Shown here: positions 30,795 to 40,722 of the stretch, piece by piece
Layout: each line of letters begins with the position of its first letter
Position numbering within the stretch: position 1 is the stretch's first letter
NCBI GenBank assembly: GCA_965371465.1
Contig: CBDUYM010000013.1
Location: forward strand, 14,526 to 78,525
DNA from: an uncultured Alphaproteobacteria bacterium
Lineage (GTDB): Bacteria; Pseudomonadota; Alphaproteobacteria; CBDUYM01
Length of the DNA stretch: 64,000 bases
Direction of reading: 5' to 3'
Program-made: the position numbers and the translations under genes
Notes under the pieces: model-generated
Database searches by the model: none
Seen by the model: only the letters and a program-made list of their open reading frames with translations
What the model was told of the DNA's origin: nothing

Positions 30795-31156
30795 TCACTC
30801 AAATTTCGAACGAGATCGAGCACGAGTTTCTGTTGAGACTCAGGCAGGCCATAGAATCGTCTGACCAGCTCCAGGATCTCTCGTGTCTCAAGAATATCGG
30901 TCGGCAAGCCGGTGCGCGCCTTTTTCGTTCTCTGCCCAGGCTCATATTCGTCAAAAAAGTGGCTGACCGGAACATCAAGCGCTTTCGAGATGTCGTATAG
31001 CCGACTCGCACTGACGCGATTCGCGCCGCTTTCATACTTCTGAATCTGCTGAAACCTGATTCCGACGAGAGCGGCCAGCTTCTGCTGACTAAGTCCCAAC
31101 ATGCGGCGACGCTGTTTCAGGCGTTGGCCCACATGAACATCAACTTTGTGAGGCAT
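30791..31156 (-). CDS. XRE-family helix-turn-helix transcriptional regulator
   Basis: 121 aa. The HTH is VGQRLKQRRRMLGLSQQKLAALVGIRFQQIQKYESGANRVSASRLYDISKAL. Its stop codon overlaps the glpD stop (convergent, 4 nt). Confidence 0.85.
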   Translation of the reverse strand: MPHKVDVHVGQRLKQRRRMLGLSQQKLAALVGIRFQQIQKYESGANRVSASRLYDISKALDVPVSHFFDEYEPGQRTKKARTGLPTDILETREILELVRRFYGLPESQQKLVLDLVRNLSD

Positions 31157-31359
31157 GATGCGCTTCTTTTCCCCTAATGTTCACTCATCGAAAATGAGTT
31201 TTGCAAACCCGCTACCAACTACCGAACTCGTTACCCTCCGGAAAACACAGTACCGCCTCACTCTCAATTCTGCACCGACAAAAGAGCGCCGCCGTGGCAC
31301 TTTCCGTTGAATTGAGCACGAATTGCGGCCTGAAATTGTCTGGTACTTTTACGGTTCGT

Positions 31360-31387
31360 GTGACACGGGAAATCACGCTGCTATAAT
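31360..31387 (+). promoter_or_regulatory. candidate sigma-70-type promoter (GTGACA-N16-TATAAT) upstream of the quinone oxidoreductase gene
   Basis: GTGACA at 31360-31365 and TATAAT at 31382-31387 with a 16-nt spacer, about 140 nt upstream of ATG 31530. This is a pattern match only. Confidence 0.3.
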
Positions 31388-31529
31388 GCTGTCGCGAGAT
31401 ATGCGGGCCAAAGGATAGGTGAATCAGTTGGGACAAAGGGAAGACACAGCACGATTGCTGACAATCCCAGATGTTACATGACGGATTCTGCAATCCTGTC
31501 GCAATTTTGTCATTGAATCAGGACATCTC

Positions 31530-32537
31530 ATGCCAGAAAGAAAGATACGAGCCTACATTTGCAGAGAGCTGACAGGTTATCAGAACCTGTCATTTGAAGA
31601 GTTGAGCCTGCCGTTGCTCGGCCCGAATGACGTGCATATAGATGTTCGCGCTACTGGCATCAATTTCGCTGACAGCCTGATCACGGAAGGCAAATATCAG
31701 GCGAAACCGGAATTGCCATTCATTCCGGGGAGCGAAGTGGCTGGCATCGTCCTGAAAGTGGGTGCCAGGGTCAGGTCATGCAAAGTTGGCGAGCGCGTGA
31801 TGGCATCGCCAAAGTGGGGTGGCTACGCGGAGGAAGCAATTGCCGACGCAGCCGCCATTTTGCCGATGCCCGAAACTATGTCCTTTGAACACGGTGCGGC
31901 ATTTCGGGTGACTTACGATACGTCCTACATTGCGCTTGCCCATCGGGCGCATATGAAGCCAGGTGAGGTGCTTGTCGTTCATGCTGCAGCCGGCGGGGTC
32001 GGCCTGACAGCCGTTCAGATTGGCAAAAAACTTGGTGCCACAGTCATTGGAACAGCGAGTTCAGCTGAAAAGCTCGAGATTGCGAGACAAAATGGCGCTG
32101 ATCACACGATCAATTACGTTGAGGAAGACCTGCGTAGCCGGATCAAGGAACTGACCGACGGGCGCGGGGCCGATGTCATCTATGACTCTGTTGGCGGTGA
32201 CACGTTCGTGCAGTCCCTGCGCGCCATAAATTTCGAAGGCCGCATCATAATTATCGGATTTGCCGGCGGCGACATTCAGCAGATTCCTGCCAACCACGTG
32301 ATGGTGAAGAATGTTGACATAATCGGCGTAAATGTCGGCGGCTATGGGCAGCACCGGCCCGAAGTGCGAACTGAAATGGTCGAGACGTTGTTACGCTGGT
32401 ACGAGGAAGGGGCGATAAAACCTTTCGTCTCTGATGTGGTTCCCTTGATCGATGCGCTGGAAGGCCTTCGCAGGGTGGTAACAAGGGAATCGACAGGCAA
32501 GGTGGTCATTCAGATGGATCCGTCGGACAGCCGCTGA
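31530..32537 (+). CDS. NADPH:quinone oxidoreductase (MDR superfamily, zeta-crystallin-like)
   Basis: 335 aa with an MDR layout, AAGGVGLTAVQIGKKLGA nucleotide-binding motif, and no structural-zinc cysteine cluster. Confidence 0.8.
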   Translation: MPERKIRAYICRELTGYQNLSFEELSLPLLGPNDVHIDVRATGINFADSLITEGKYQAKPELPFIPGSEVAGIVLKVGARVRSCKVGERVMASPKWGGYAEEAIADAAAILPMPETMSFEHGAAFRVTYDTSYIALAHRAHMKPGEVLVVHAAAGGVGLTAVQIGKKLGATVIGTASSAEKLEIARQNGADHTINYVEEDLRSRIKELTDGRGADVIYDSVGGDTFVQSLRAINFEGRIIIIGFAGGDIQQIPANHVMVKNVDIIGVNVGGYGQHRPEVRTEMVETLLRWYEEGAIKPFVSDVVPLIDALEGLRRVVTRESTGKVVIQMDPSDSR

Positions 32538-32558
32538 CAGACCCACTTATAGGTCCGC

Positions 32559-33908
32559 TCATAGGCCCACTGAGGCAAGCATTTCCTGCTGTCGATGGGC
32601 GACAATGTCCTGATCGAAATTCTCGACGGTCTCGGCAAACAGCCGATGCCAGTTTACCCTCGCATCAAGATGCATGAACACAGCGCCAAGCCCAATGGCC
32701 GCCCGATCCATGAAAACGAATTCCCGGGGCGGCGTCAGCGATCCAGCATCTCTCAATGCGTTGATCAGAGCTTGCGCCTCTGCTCTGCCATACAGATCAG
32801 GGCTTTGACCATCTGCAATGCTGCGCTCGCGGTTATCCATCAGCGGCCCAAGGATGAACCTCGCCCAGATGTTGAGTGCCGCGACCATCTCAGCGCTGAT
32901 ATCAGCGAACCCCCATTGAGCATAGGCTGCTGCTGCCCGCTCCGGCGCATCTTCCATCAGGGCATGATAGAGTTCGACCACGCCGGCCACGAAGGAAGGT
33001 GGGAAAACGCGGATGCAGCCAAAGTCCAGAAGATTGAAAGTTACAGTCTGGCCATCCGCATTCTCGGCGACCGAGTAGTTCCCGAGATGGGGATCGCCAT
33101 GGATCACGCCGTATTTTACGAACGGTACCCACCAGGCCTTGAACATTTCCACGGCGATCGCATTTCTGGTTTCCGCCGGCGCCCCGACGAAATTCAACAA
33201 CGGCTCACCTTCTAGCCAGGTCATCGTCAGCAAACGTTTTGTCGACAGCTCGGCCACCGGCAGCGGCACAGATATATGGGGATTACCGTCCAGCATCAGC
33301 GCGTAAAGCTTCAAATGCTTCTGCTCTCTCTCATAATCCAGCTCTTCGCGGAGACGATCAGATATTTCTTCGAACACTTCAGTGGGATCAAGGGAGCTGT
33401 TCATGCGGCGAAACAGGCCGAATGCGAACTTGAGCTGCTTCAGATCGGCTTCAATGGCTGAGGCCATTTCTGGATACTGAAGCTTACAGGCCAGCTTCTG
33501 GCCATCAGGCCCGGTTGCCCGATGTACCTGGCCGAGAGATGCCGCTGCTGATGCATCGCGTTCAAATTCCCGAAATCGCGCCTGCCAGTCGCTGCCAAGT
33601 TCGCTGGCCATGCGCCGGCGTACAAAGGGCCATCCCATGGACGGCGCATCGGCCTGCAGTGTCCTGAGTTCTGCAGCTGCGTCATCGGGCAGAAAGCCCG
33701 GGATAGTCGCCATGAACTGGGCTGCCTTCATAACCGGGCCCTTGAGGGCACCAAGAACATTCACAAGGTCAGCCCCTATCGCCTTGCTGTCCTTGCCACG
33801 CCCGAACATCTGCTGCGCACCAAACCGAACGGCAGCTCCTCCAAGTCCCGCGGCGACTCTGGTGTATCGTATCGTCCGTGCGCTCGTTCGATCCTCTTCG
33901 TCGGCCAT
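32559..33908 (-). CDS. ABC1/UbiB-family atypical kinase
   Basis: 449 aa from ATG 33908. The stretches GALKGPVMKAAQFMATIPGFLP, AAASLGQVHRA and HGDPHLGNY are ABC1/AarF motifs. The track start 34127 runs through the gapR gene on the same strand. Confidence 0.8.
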   Translation of the reverse strand: MADEEDRTSARTIRYTRVAAGLGGAAVRFGAQQMFGRGKDSKAIGADLVNVLGALKGPVMKAAQFMATIPGFLPDDAAAELRTLQADAPSMGWPFVRRRMASELGSDWQARFREFERDASAAASLGQVHRATGPDGQKLACKLQYPEMASAIEADLKQLKFAFGLFRRMNSSLDPTEVFEEISDRLREELDYEREQKHLKLYALMLDGNPHISVPLPVAELSTKRLLTMTWLEGEPLLNFVGAPAETRNAIAVEMFKAWWVPFVKYGVIHGDPHLGNYSVAENADGQTVTFNLLDFGCIRVFPPSFVAGVVELYHALMEDAPERAAAAYAQWGFADISAEMVAALNIWARFILGPLMDNRERSIADGQSPDLYGRAEAQALINALRDAGSLTPPREFVFMDRAAIGLGAVFMHLDARVNWHRLFAETVENFDQDIVAHRQQEMLASVGL

Positions 33909-33930
33909 TCGCTGCCTCTCTCGCCCGGCC

Positions 33931-34185
33931 CTAGAGCCCGACGGCACCCCGGTAGAGATCCAACAGTGCTTCCTGCTCCTGACGGTCCGAGCTGTCCATT
34001 TTCCGAAGCCGCACGATCTGGCGCATGATCTTTGGTTCGAAACCCGTCCCCTTGGCTTCTGCATAGACCTCTTTGATGTCCGCGGTAAGAGTGCTCTTTT
34101 CTTCTTCAAGCCTTTCAATGCGTTCAATCAGCGATCTCAATTGCTCGCCTGCGATGGTTCCGCTGCTGCCGGTCTCAGATGCCAT
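33931..34185 (-). CDS. gapR: DUF2312/UPF0335 protein, GapR-like nucleoid-associated protein
   Basis: 84 aa from ATG 34185 (GGAGAG RBS). The sequence GEQLRSLIERIERLEEEKSTLTADIKEVYAEAKGTGFEPKIMRQIVRLRKMD matches the conserved DUF2312 core. Confidence 0.85.
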   Translation of the reverse strand: MASETGSSGTIAGEQLRSLIERIERLEEEKSTLTADIKEVYAEAKGTGFEPKIMRQIVRLRKMDSSDRQEQEALLDLYRGAVGL

Positions 34186-34231
34186 AAATGTAACTCTCCA
34201 AATTCCCTGGTTATAGTTTTCCGGTTTGGTG

Positions 34232-35011
34232 TCACAGTATTTCAAAAGGGCCGCTCATCCTCAAAACACCGGAGAGCGCTTCATACAGATGATGGCCCCA
34301 TGTCTCAAGGCCTGATCTGTCTGAAATCAAATCCTGCCGAAATTCTATCAGCACATGGGGCAATCCGCGGCCCGTCCCGTGACGATTCATACAGTCCCCC
34401 GGTATGGCACCTGAATAAGGCTTGTTGTTGCCCGCGATAATATGTTCCTGCCTGCCGAAATGCTCCATCAGAGGACGAGCCAGCCTTGAATCGCGGTCCC
34501 ACAGCACGCCCAGATGCCAGGGCTTGACCTTGCCATGGGTCTCCGGCGAAAAACTGTGAATGGAGAGCAGAAGCGGCACGCGATCTTCAGCAAGGTGCCT
34601 GTCAACCTCGGCCTTGATGGCGCCATGATAGGCGTTGTGGAACCGGGCCTGCCGCCGCGCGCGCTCATCGGCATCAAGGTCCACGTTCCCTGCGATGATA
34701 TTGCCATCGGAAATCGCCGTAATCAGGGTCGGGTCGCTGTCGCCGCGATTGGCATCAATCAGTAATCGCGTGAACCCACACAGAATGGCCCTGGTCTTGA
34801 ACGCTGAGGCCAGGTGTCGCGCCATGTCAGCTGCACCGGGATCCCAGGCAATATGATGCTGGAGAAGTGCGGGCGGCAGGCCGAGGCTTCCATAGCCGTT
34901 CGGCAATGCGTTTGATGCGTGATCGCAGACGATCAGAATGGGGCATGCCGCACCTTTATCGACAATCTCGAAAGGCGCAAAGTTGTTCAGCTTGGTTTCT
35001 GTTTCTGGCAT
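34232..35011 (-). CDS. N-formylglutamate amidohydrolase family protein
   Basis: 259 aa. The ILIVCDHASNALP and LLSIHSF motifs are typical of the FGase family. Confidence 0.75.
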   Translation of the reverse strand: MPETETKLNNFAPFEIVDKGAACPILIVCDHASNALPNGYGSLGLPPALLQHHIAWDPGAADMARHLASAFKTRAILCGFTRLLIDANRGDSDPTLITAISDGNIIAGNVDLDADERARRQARFHNAYHGAIKAEVDRHLAEDRVPLLLSIHSFSPETHGKVKPWHLGVLWDRDSRLARPLMEHFGRQEHIIAGNNKPYSGAIPGDCMNRHGTGRGLPHVLIEFRQDLISDRSGLETWGHHLYEALSGVLRMSGPFEIL

Positions 35012-35063
35012 CGCTCAGGGATTCTTGACAAATTGTGCCGGTCATCGGGGAAGGCGGCATAGA

Positions 35064-36392
35064 ATGGACGCCAGTGTGCCGTCAATCAACCCGGGCAATC
35101 TCTTCATGCTTGATTCCACCGCATTACTGCGAAGCCTTTTCCACGAAGCAGTTGGCGCCGTCCAGCCAGAAATCTGTCTCGCACCGGCGCTTCATGCGCT
35201 GGCGAAAAAGGAGCGTCAGGGACGGCTCGTCGTGGTTGGCGCGGGCAAGGCAGCTGGGGCCATGGCGGCTGCTGCCGAGAGAATCCTGCCAGGCCCTCTC
35301 GAAGGCCTTGTCATCACCAAATACGGACATGGTGTATCTACAGAACAGATAGAGGTCCGAGAAGCCGCTCATCCTGTGCCGGACAGGGCAGGTGTGGAGG
35401 CCACCAAGGAAATTCTGGATCTGGTCAGGCCACTCGGTGAGAGAGACAGGGTGCTCGTTCTTTTGTCAGGTGGGGGCTCCGCCCTGCTGACCGCCCCCCA
35501 TGCGCCTCTTGACCTCAAAACAAAACAAGACCTGACGACGACGCTGCTTGAGAACGGTGCCGCCATTGCCGAAATCAATACCCTCAGAAAGCATCTTTCA
35601 GCCGTCAAAGGCGGTCGCCTGGCCGCGGTCGCCTTTCCGGCAGAAGTGCTCACCCTGGCGATCTCTGATGTGACGACTGATGACCCAGGTGTCATCGCGT
35701 CGGGGCCAACTGTGGCTGATCCGACAACAAGCCGAGATGCTGCTGACATTCTGGCGCGCTATGCGCCGCAGGCTCTGGCAGCTTTCGGTCCGGACATCTG
35801 GCAAAAAATTCCCGAGACCCTGAAACCTGGTAGCGAAATTCTGCGAAACAGCCGGTTTGAAATCGTGGCGAGTGCACAAACCGCCATCAGCGCCGCCATC
35901 AAAACAGCGACAGGTCTCGGCTTGCAGCCGGTTTCAGAAACTCTCTGCGAAGAAGGAGAAGCTTCGGTGGTAGCCAAGGCTTGCGCGTCATCACTTCTCT
36001 CACGTCAGGCCGCTCTGCCACCGGATGCTGGACCTCTCCTGTTGCTCAGCTCCGGCGAATTCACCGTAACGCATGGGGGTACAGGAAAAGGCGGACCAAA
36101 TCACGAATTCCTGTTGGCCCTGGCAATCGCACTCAAGGGCGCAGACGGTATATGGGCTCTGTCATGTGACACGGATGGCATGGATGGCACCGCAGACGCC
36201 GCTGGCGCTACTATCGGCCCCGACACGCTGGCGGATATGGCAGATGCAGGCCTTGACCCAGTAGCTGCCCTGAAATCCCACAACAGTGCGGCTCCTTTCC
36301 TGGCAATTGGCAGTTCTATTGTCACTGGCCCGACGCACACCAACGTCAACGACTTCCGCGCCTTTCTGATTGAGCCACAAAGCGCCAGCTGA
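35064..36392 (+). CDS. glycerate 2-kinase / hydroxypyruvate reductase-like protein (DUF4147 + MOFRL)
   Basis: About 442 aa from ATG 35064 (an alternative ATG is at 35106). The pattern GRLVVVGAGKAAGAMAAAAE...LLSGGGSALL...SGGEFTVTHGGTGKGGPNHEF...DTDGMDGT...TGPTHTNVNDF is the MOFRL glycerate kinase pattern. Confidence 0.8.
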   Translation: MDASVPSINPGNLFMLDSTALLRSLFHEAVGAVQPEICLAPALHALAKKERQGRLVVVGAGKAAGAMAAAAERILPGPLEGLVITKYGHGVSTEQIEVREAAHPVPDRAGVEATKEILDLVRPLGERDRVLVLLSGGGSALLTAPHAPLDLKTKQDLTTTLLENGAAIAEINTLRKHLSAVKGGRLAAVAFPAEVLTLAISDVTTDDPGVIASGPTVADPTTSRDAADILARYAPQALAAFGPDIWQKIPETLKPGSEILRNSRFEIVASAQTAISAAIKTATGLGLQPVSETLCEEGEASVVAKACASSLLSRQAALPPDAGPLLLLSSGEFTVTHGGTGKGGPNHEFLLALAIALKGADGIWALSCDTDGMDGTADAAGATIGPDTLADMADAGLDPVAALKSHNSAAPFLAIGSSIVTGPTHTNVNDFRAFLIEPQSAS

Positions 36393-36467
36393 CTGGGCGC
36401 CGGTTTGGATTGACATCCGGCCGGTACACAAGCACAAGATGGGGAGGTCGAGAAAGTAGCAGGTGCC

Positions 36468-37901
36468 ATGAGGCGACAGAGAAAAACAAAAATACTTGCC
36501 ACACTTGGCCCTGCAAGCAGTTCTGCGGCCATGCTCAAGGTTTTGTTCGAAAGCGGCGTCGACTGTTTTCGCTTCAACATGGGGCACATCAGTCATGACC
36601 AGGTCAGGGTCTGGCACAAGGACATCCGCGCACTTGAGACATCAGAGAAAAGGCCAATCGGCATTTTGGTCGATCTGCAGGGGCCCAAACTCCGGATCGG
36701 GGAATTTGCTGCCGGAGAAGCACATCTGGAAGAGGGTCGAACCTTCGTTCTTGATGAAATGGACGCCCCGGGAGATTCAAACCGCGTCACCTTACCGCAC
36801 AACAATGTGGTCTCTCTTCTGAAACCTGGCGGGCTAATTCTCATCGACGATGGCAGGATCGAGCTTGAAGTAACAGAAGTGGATCGGCACTTCGTGAAAT
36901 CCGTTGTTCGACGATCCGGCACCATCTCCAACCACAAAGGTGTGAATTTTCCGGGCATCGAGGTGCCGTTTTCAGCAATCACCGAAAAGGACCAGGCCGA
37001 TCTCGATCTTTGCCTTGATCTCGGCGTTGACTGGTTTGCGCTGTCTTTCGTGAAAAGCGTTGCCGATGTTGAACTGGCCCGCGCCCTGATAGGCGACAAA
37101 GCCGGGCTGATAGCGAAGATTGAACGTCCTTCTGCGCTCAATGAAGTTGAGGCAATCATCGAAGCGGCGGATGGCGTCATGGTTGCGCGCGGTGACCTCG
37201 GTGTTGAAATGCCGCTTGAATTGCTGCCTGGCATTCAAAAAGACATCATCAAGGCCGCGCGGCTAGGCGGAAAGCCCGTCATTGTCGCCACACAGATGCT
37301 TGAATCCATGATTGAAAACCAGATGCCAACCCGTGCCGAGATTTCAGACGTTGCGACGGCCGTGTTCGACGGCGCCGATTGCGTGATGTTGTCGGCAGAG
37401 TCTGCTGTCGGTGCGTTTCCCAAGCGCGCCGTCTCAATGATGAACCGCGTCGCCGAACAGGTAGAGCGCGAACTCAGGTTCAAAGCCGGCATGGACGCAC
37501 AATTGCAGGCACCGGAACGGACCGGGCCCGACGCTATTAGTGCCGCCGCCCACCAGGTCGCAGAAACCCTGGGCGTGGCTGCTATTGTCAGCTACACGAC
37601 AAGCGGCTCCACCGGCCTGCGTGCAGCCCGTGAACGGCCAAATGTGCCAATACTGGCGCTGACGCCGAAAATCGAAACTGCGCGGCGGCTGAGCTTGGTC
37701 TGGGGCATTCACTGCGTTCACACAGAAGATGCCCATGATTTTGCAGATATGGTCCATCGCGCCTGTCATCTGGCTTTCCGCGAAGGATTCGCTGAAGTCG
37801 GCCAGCAGATTGTTGTGACGGCAGGCGTTCCCTTTGGCACGCCGGGAGCGACAAACGTTCTTCGCATTGCCGATGTTGGGAAGGAACACGAAGCGCCTTG
37901 A
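36468..37901 (+). CDS. pyk: pyruvate kinase
   Basis: 477 aa containing RKTKILATLGPAS, FRFNMGH, MVARGDLGVEMP and ATQMLESM. Confidence 0.95.
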   Translation: MRRQRKTKILATLGPASSSAAMLKVLFESGVDCFRFNMGHISHDQVRVWHKDIRALETSEKRPIGILVDLQGPKLRIGEFAAGEAHLEEGRTFVLDEMDAPGDSNRVTLPHNNVVSLLKPGGLILIDDGRIELEVTEVDRHFVKSVVRRSGTISNHKGVNFPGIEVPFSAITEKDQADLDLCLDLGVDWFALSFVKSVADVELARALIGDKAGLIAKIERPSALNEVEAIIEAADGVMVARGDLGVEMPLELLPGIQKDIIKAARLGGKPVIVATQMLESMIENQMPTRAEISDVATAVFDGADCVMLSAESAVGAFPKRAVSMMNRVAEQVERELRFKAGMDAQLQAPERTGPDAISAAAHQVAETLGVAAIVSYTTSGSTGLRAARERPNVPILALTPKIETARRLSLVWGIHCVHTEDAHDFADMVHRACHLAFREGFAEVGQQIVVTAGVPFGTPGATNVLRIADVGKEHEAP

Positions 37902-37903
37902 AG

Positions 37904-38590
37904 TTAAGCGATCCTCGCCAGAAAGCTGTCGATTGCTGCGTTCACTTCATCGGGTTTTTCTGCATAGGCCATATGCGTACCGCCTTCGATAATAACGGCT
38001 GATGCATCGGACATTCTTTCTGCCATGAACTCTGAATATTTGGGTGGCGTCATGACATCATCTGTGCCGACGATCGCAAGCACGGGCAAAGAGATCTCAT
38101 CAAGCCGCTCCATCACGTCAAACTTGTCACAGGCTTCCATGTCATTGAGCGCGGCAGTCGCTCCATTTTCCGCCCTTCGCCGCTCGATCAGCGCTGCCAG
38201 TTCAGGTTCAATCAGCTTGTTCGTCGGGCTCGGCGCCGACGTCGCAGACGGGTTCTGAATCTCCTTTCTGAGATTTTCAAGGAAGTCTGGATGTACGCGC
38301 AGTCTTGCCCCGCTGCCGAGAAGAACGATGCCCTTAAGCTCATTCCCATAGTCCAGCGCATACTGAAGGGCGATGCCACCGCCAAGCGAATGGCCGACGA
38401 CCACCAGATCCTGGTAGCCCTTTTCAGTGACGTAGCCATGAAGCCAGGCCGCATTCTGTTCGATGCTGGGAATCAGATCCCCGTCAGGATGGCCAGGCAG
38501 ATTGATTGCATCCGATCCCGCGTAATGGCTGACCTGATTTTGAAATGACTCCCGGCATCCGCCGGAACCGTGGATGAAAACGAGCTGCAT
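37904..38590 (-). CDS. alpha/beta hydrolase
   Basis: 228 aa with a GHSLGG nucleophile elbow. It is the last gene of the minus-strand string that follows glcDEF. Confidence 0.7.
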   Translation of the reverse strand: MQLVFIHGSGGCRESFQNQVSHYAGSDAINLPGHPDGDLIPSIEQNAAWLHGYVTEKGYQDLVVVGHSLGGGIALQYALDYGNELKGIVLLGSGARLRVHPDFLENLRKEIQNPSATSAPSPTNKLIEPELAALIERRRAENGATAALNDMEACDKFDVMERLDEISLPVLAIVGTDDVMTPPKYSEFMAERMSDASAVIIEGGTHMAYAEKPDEVNAAIDSFLARIA

Positions 38591-38596
38591 GGATAC

Positions 38597-39388
38597 TCAG
38601 TCCTGATTGAAAACGGCGGGGCGTTTTTCGCCGAAGGCGGCGACAGCCTCTTTATGATCGGGCAGGCGGCGGGCGATTTGATCGCGCAGGCCTTCTCGCT
38701 CCATCACAGCCTCAAGATCACGATCAAGAGGGTTTTTTGCCAGAAGCTCCTTGATCATCATCACCGCATTTGTCGGATTGTTGGCAATTTCGTTTGCTTT
38801 CTCGTAGGCCGTTTCAAACAGGTCCTCGGGCGACGTCACAGCGGAAACCAGACCCATCTGGAGCGCTTCTTCACCTGGCACCATGCGCCCTGTAAGGCAC
38901 ATATCGGTCGCATGACCAAGGCCCACCAGCTCTGAAAGGATGCGCGTTGATCCCAGCTCCGGCATCAGGCCCATCTTGATGAATCGGATGCTGAGCAATG
39001 CTTCGGTCGATGCAATACGAATGTCGCAGGGCAAAATCATGGTCAGGCCAATGCCCACCGCATAGCCATTGATTGCGGCGACCGTCGGTTTTGACGCGCG
39101 CAACAACTGTGGCAATCCACCACCGCCCCGGCTCAATTGCTCGCCCGATCCCTGGCTGTTCGTGACCGCACGCACGGCAAAGTCGCCAAGATCGGCGCCG
39201 GCGCAAAACGCTCTGCCCTCGGCTGCGAAAAGAATTGCACCGATGTCATCGTCATCGTTCCAATTCCGGATCTGATCGGTGATTTCACCCGACATCTGAT
39301 AGGTCCAGGCGTTCAGCTTCTCTGGCCTGTTGAGCCGAATAATTCCGACCCTTCCTTTGGTTTCTGTAAGGATTTGCTCGTAAGCCAT
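38597..39388 (-). CDS. enoyl-CoA hydratase/isomerase (crotonase) family protein
   Basis: 263 aa with a crotonase layout: GIIRLNRPEKLNA, FCAGADL, AAINGYAVGIGLTM. Confidence 0.85.
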   Translation of the reverse strand: MAYEQILTETKGRVGIIRLNRPEKLNAWTYQMSGEITDQIRNWNDDDDIGAILFAAEGRAFCAGADLGDFAVRAVTNSQGSGEQLSRGGGGLPQLLRASKPTVAAINGYAVGIGLTMILPCDIRIASTEALLSIRFIKMGLMPELGSTRILSELVGLGHATDMCLTGRMVPGEEALQMGLVSAVTSPEDLFETAYEKANEIANNPTNAVMMIKELLAKNPLDRDLEAVMEREGLRDQIARRLPDHKEAVAAFGEKRPAVFNQD

Positions 39389-39450
39389 TTCGTTCTCCCT
39401 GCCCTTGTTTCAGCAGCAATCTAAGCAGGCCACTCGGTGCGATGCAAGGA

Positions 39451-40719
39451 TCAGTCCTGCAGACCTTCAGGGCAGGGCCCGCCCGCGGCCCAGTCAAGCA
39501 GCTCGACAATGTGCAGAACCGGAACGTTCGTGCCGACCCGAAGCTGGGTAAGGCAGCCAATGTTGCCCGTTGCAATGACATCCGGCGCCACTGATTCGAT
39601 ATTCCGAAGCTTGTTCTGAAGTAGCTCATTGGCCAGTTCCGGGTGCAGGATGTTGTAGCTGCCGGCTGAGCCACAGCAAAGATGGCCGTCAGGAATTTCA
39701 ACAATCCGGAACCCGGCCTGGCGTAGAAGTTCGCGCGGCGCGTCGCGGATACCCTGGCCGTGTTCCAGGCTGCAGGCACCATGGTAAGCGACCCGCAGCC
39801 CGGCCTTTGGTGCACTTCCCTGATAGCCGAGATCCAGGATCACCTCGGAAACATCCCGGGCACTGGCCGACAGAGCCGCTGCATCCTCAGCAAGTTCGTG
39901 ATCACGAAGGAGAAAACCGTAGTCCTTCAGCATCGAGCCACAGCCGGATGCCGTCGCCACCACAGCTTCAATGTCCGTGTTGCGAGCCTCCAGCCGCCAG
40001 GCGGTGATGTGCCGCGTCATGTGCCGTTCGGCCGAAGCCGCCCGGCCCATATGATGATCCAGGCCGCCGCAGCATCCTGCCGCCTTTGAGACGATTACGT
40101 TGACGCCAAGCCTTTCGAGGATGCGTATCGTCGCCTCGTCAATGCCGGGCGCGAGGACTTGTTGCACACAGCCTGGCATCAGCCCCATGGTTCGTCCGGT
40201 CTCAGACGGTTTCGCCACCGGCTCGCCTGAATTTGGTCGGTTCCCCAGGAGCCTCGTCATCTGCCGCAGTCTGCCTGGCAGCATGCCTCGCAAGGGCCGG
40301 GCCATGCGGCCCATGCTTGCGGCCGCCCGGAATCTGTTCGGATAGGGGAGTATGAAAGAGAGCAGGTGCCGCAGCATCCGGTCACCGGGCCGCCGCCGCA
40401 CACGAAACTCAATTTCCGCCCGGCCATGGTCAATCAGATGTTGATAGTTCACGTTGGAAGGACAGGTCGTCATGCAGCTGAGGCAGGAAAGGCATGTGTC
40501 GAGATGGTGCACTGTTTCAGTGCTCGGCTTATCTCCTTTCTCCAGCATTTCCTTGATCAGATAAATCCGACCTCGCGGGCTCGATCGTTCGTCGCCGGTT
40601 ATGAGATAGGTCGGGCAGGTCGCCAGACAGAAACCGCAATGAACACAATCGCGAAGCGCCTTATTGCTGGCCTGGAAATCGAGGTCCTGGAGCTGTCCAT
40701 CTGAGAAATCCGTACGCAT
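39451..40719 (-). CDS. glcF: glycolate oxidase iron-sulfur subunit
   Basis: 422 aa with two ferredoxin-type clusters (CVHCGFCLATCP, CLSCLSCMTTCP) and CCG domains. Confidence 0.9.
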   Translation of the reverse strand: MRTDFSDGQLQDLDFQASNKALRDCVHCGFCLATCPTYLITGDERSSPRGRIYLIKEMLEKGDKPSTETVHHLDTCLSCLSCMTTCPSNVNYQHLIDHGRAEIEFRVRRRPGDRMLRHLLSFILPYPNRFRAAASMGRMARPLRGMLPGRLRQMTRLLGNRPNSGEPVAKPSETGRTMGLMPGCVQQVLAPGIDEATIRILERLGVNVIVSKAAGCCGGLDHHMGRAASAERHMTRHITAWRLEARNTDIEAVVATASGCGSMLKDYGFLLRDHELAEDAAALSASARDVSEVILDLGYQGSAPKAGLRVAYHGACSLEHGQGIRDAPRELLRQAGFRIVEIPDGHLCCGSAGSYNILHPELANELLQNKLRNIESVAPDVIATGNIGCLTQLRVGTNVPVLHIVELLDWAAGGPCPEGLQD

Positions 40720-40722
40720 GGC

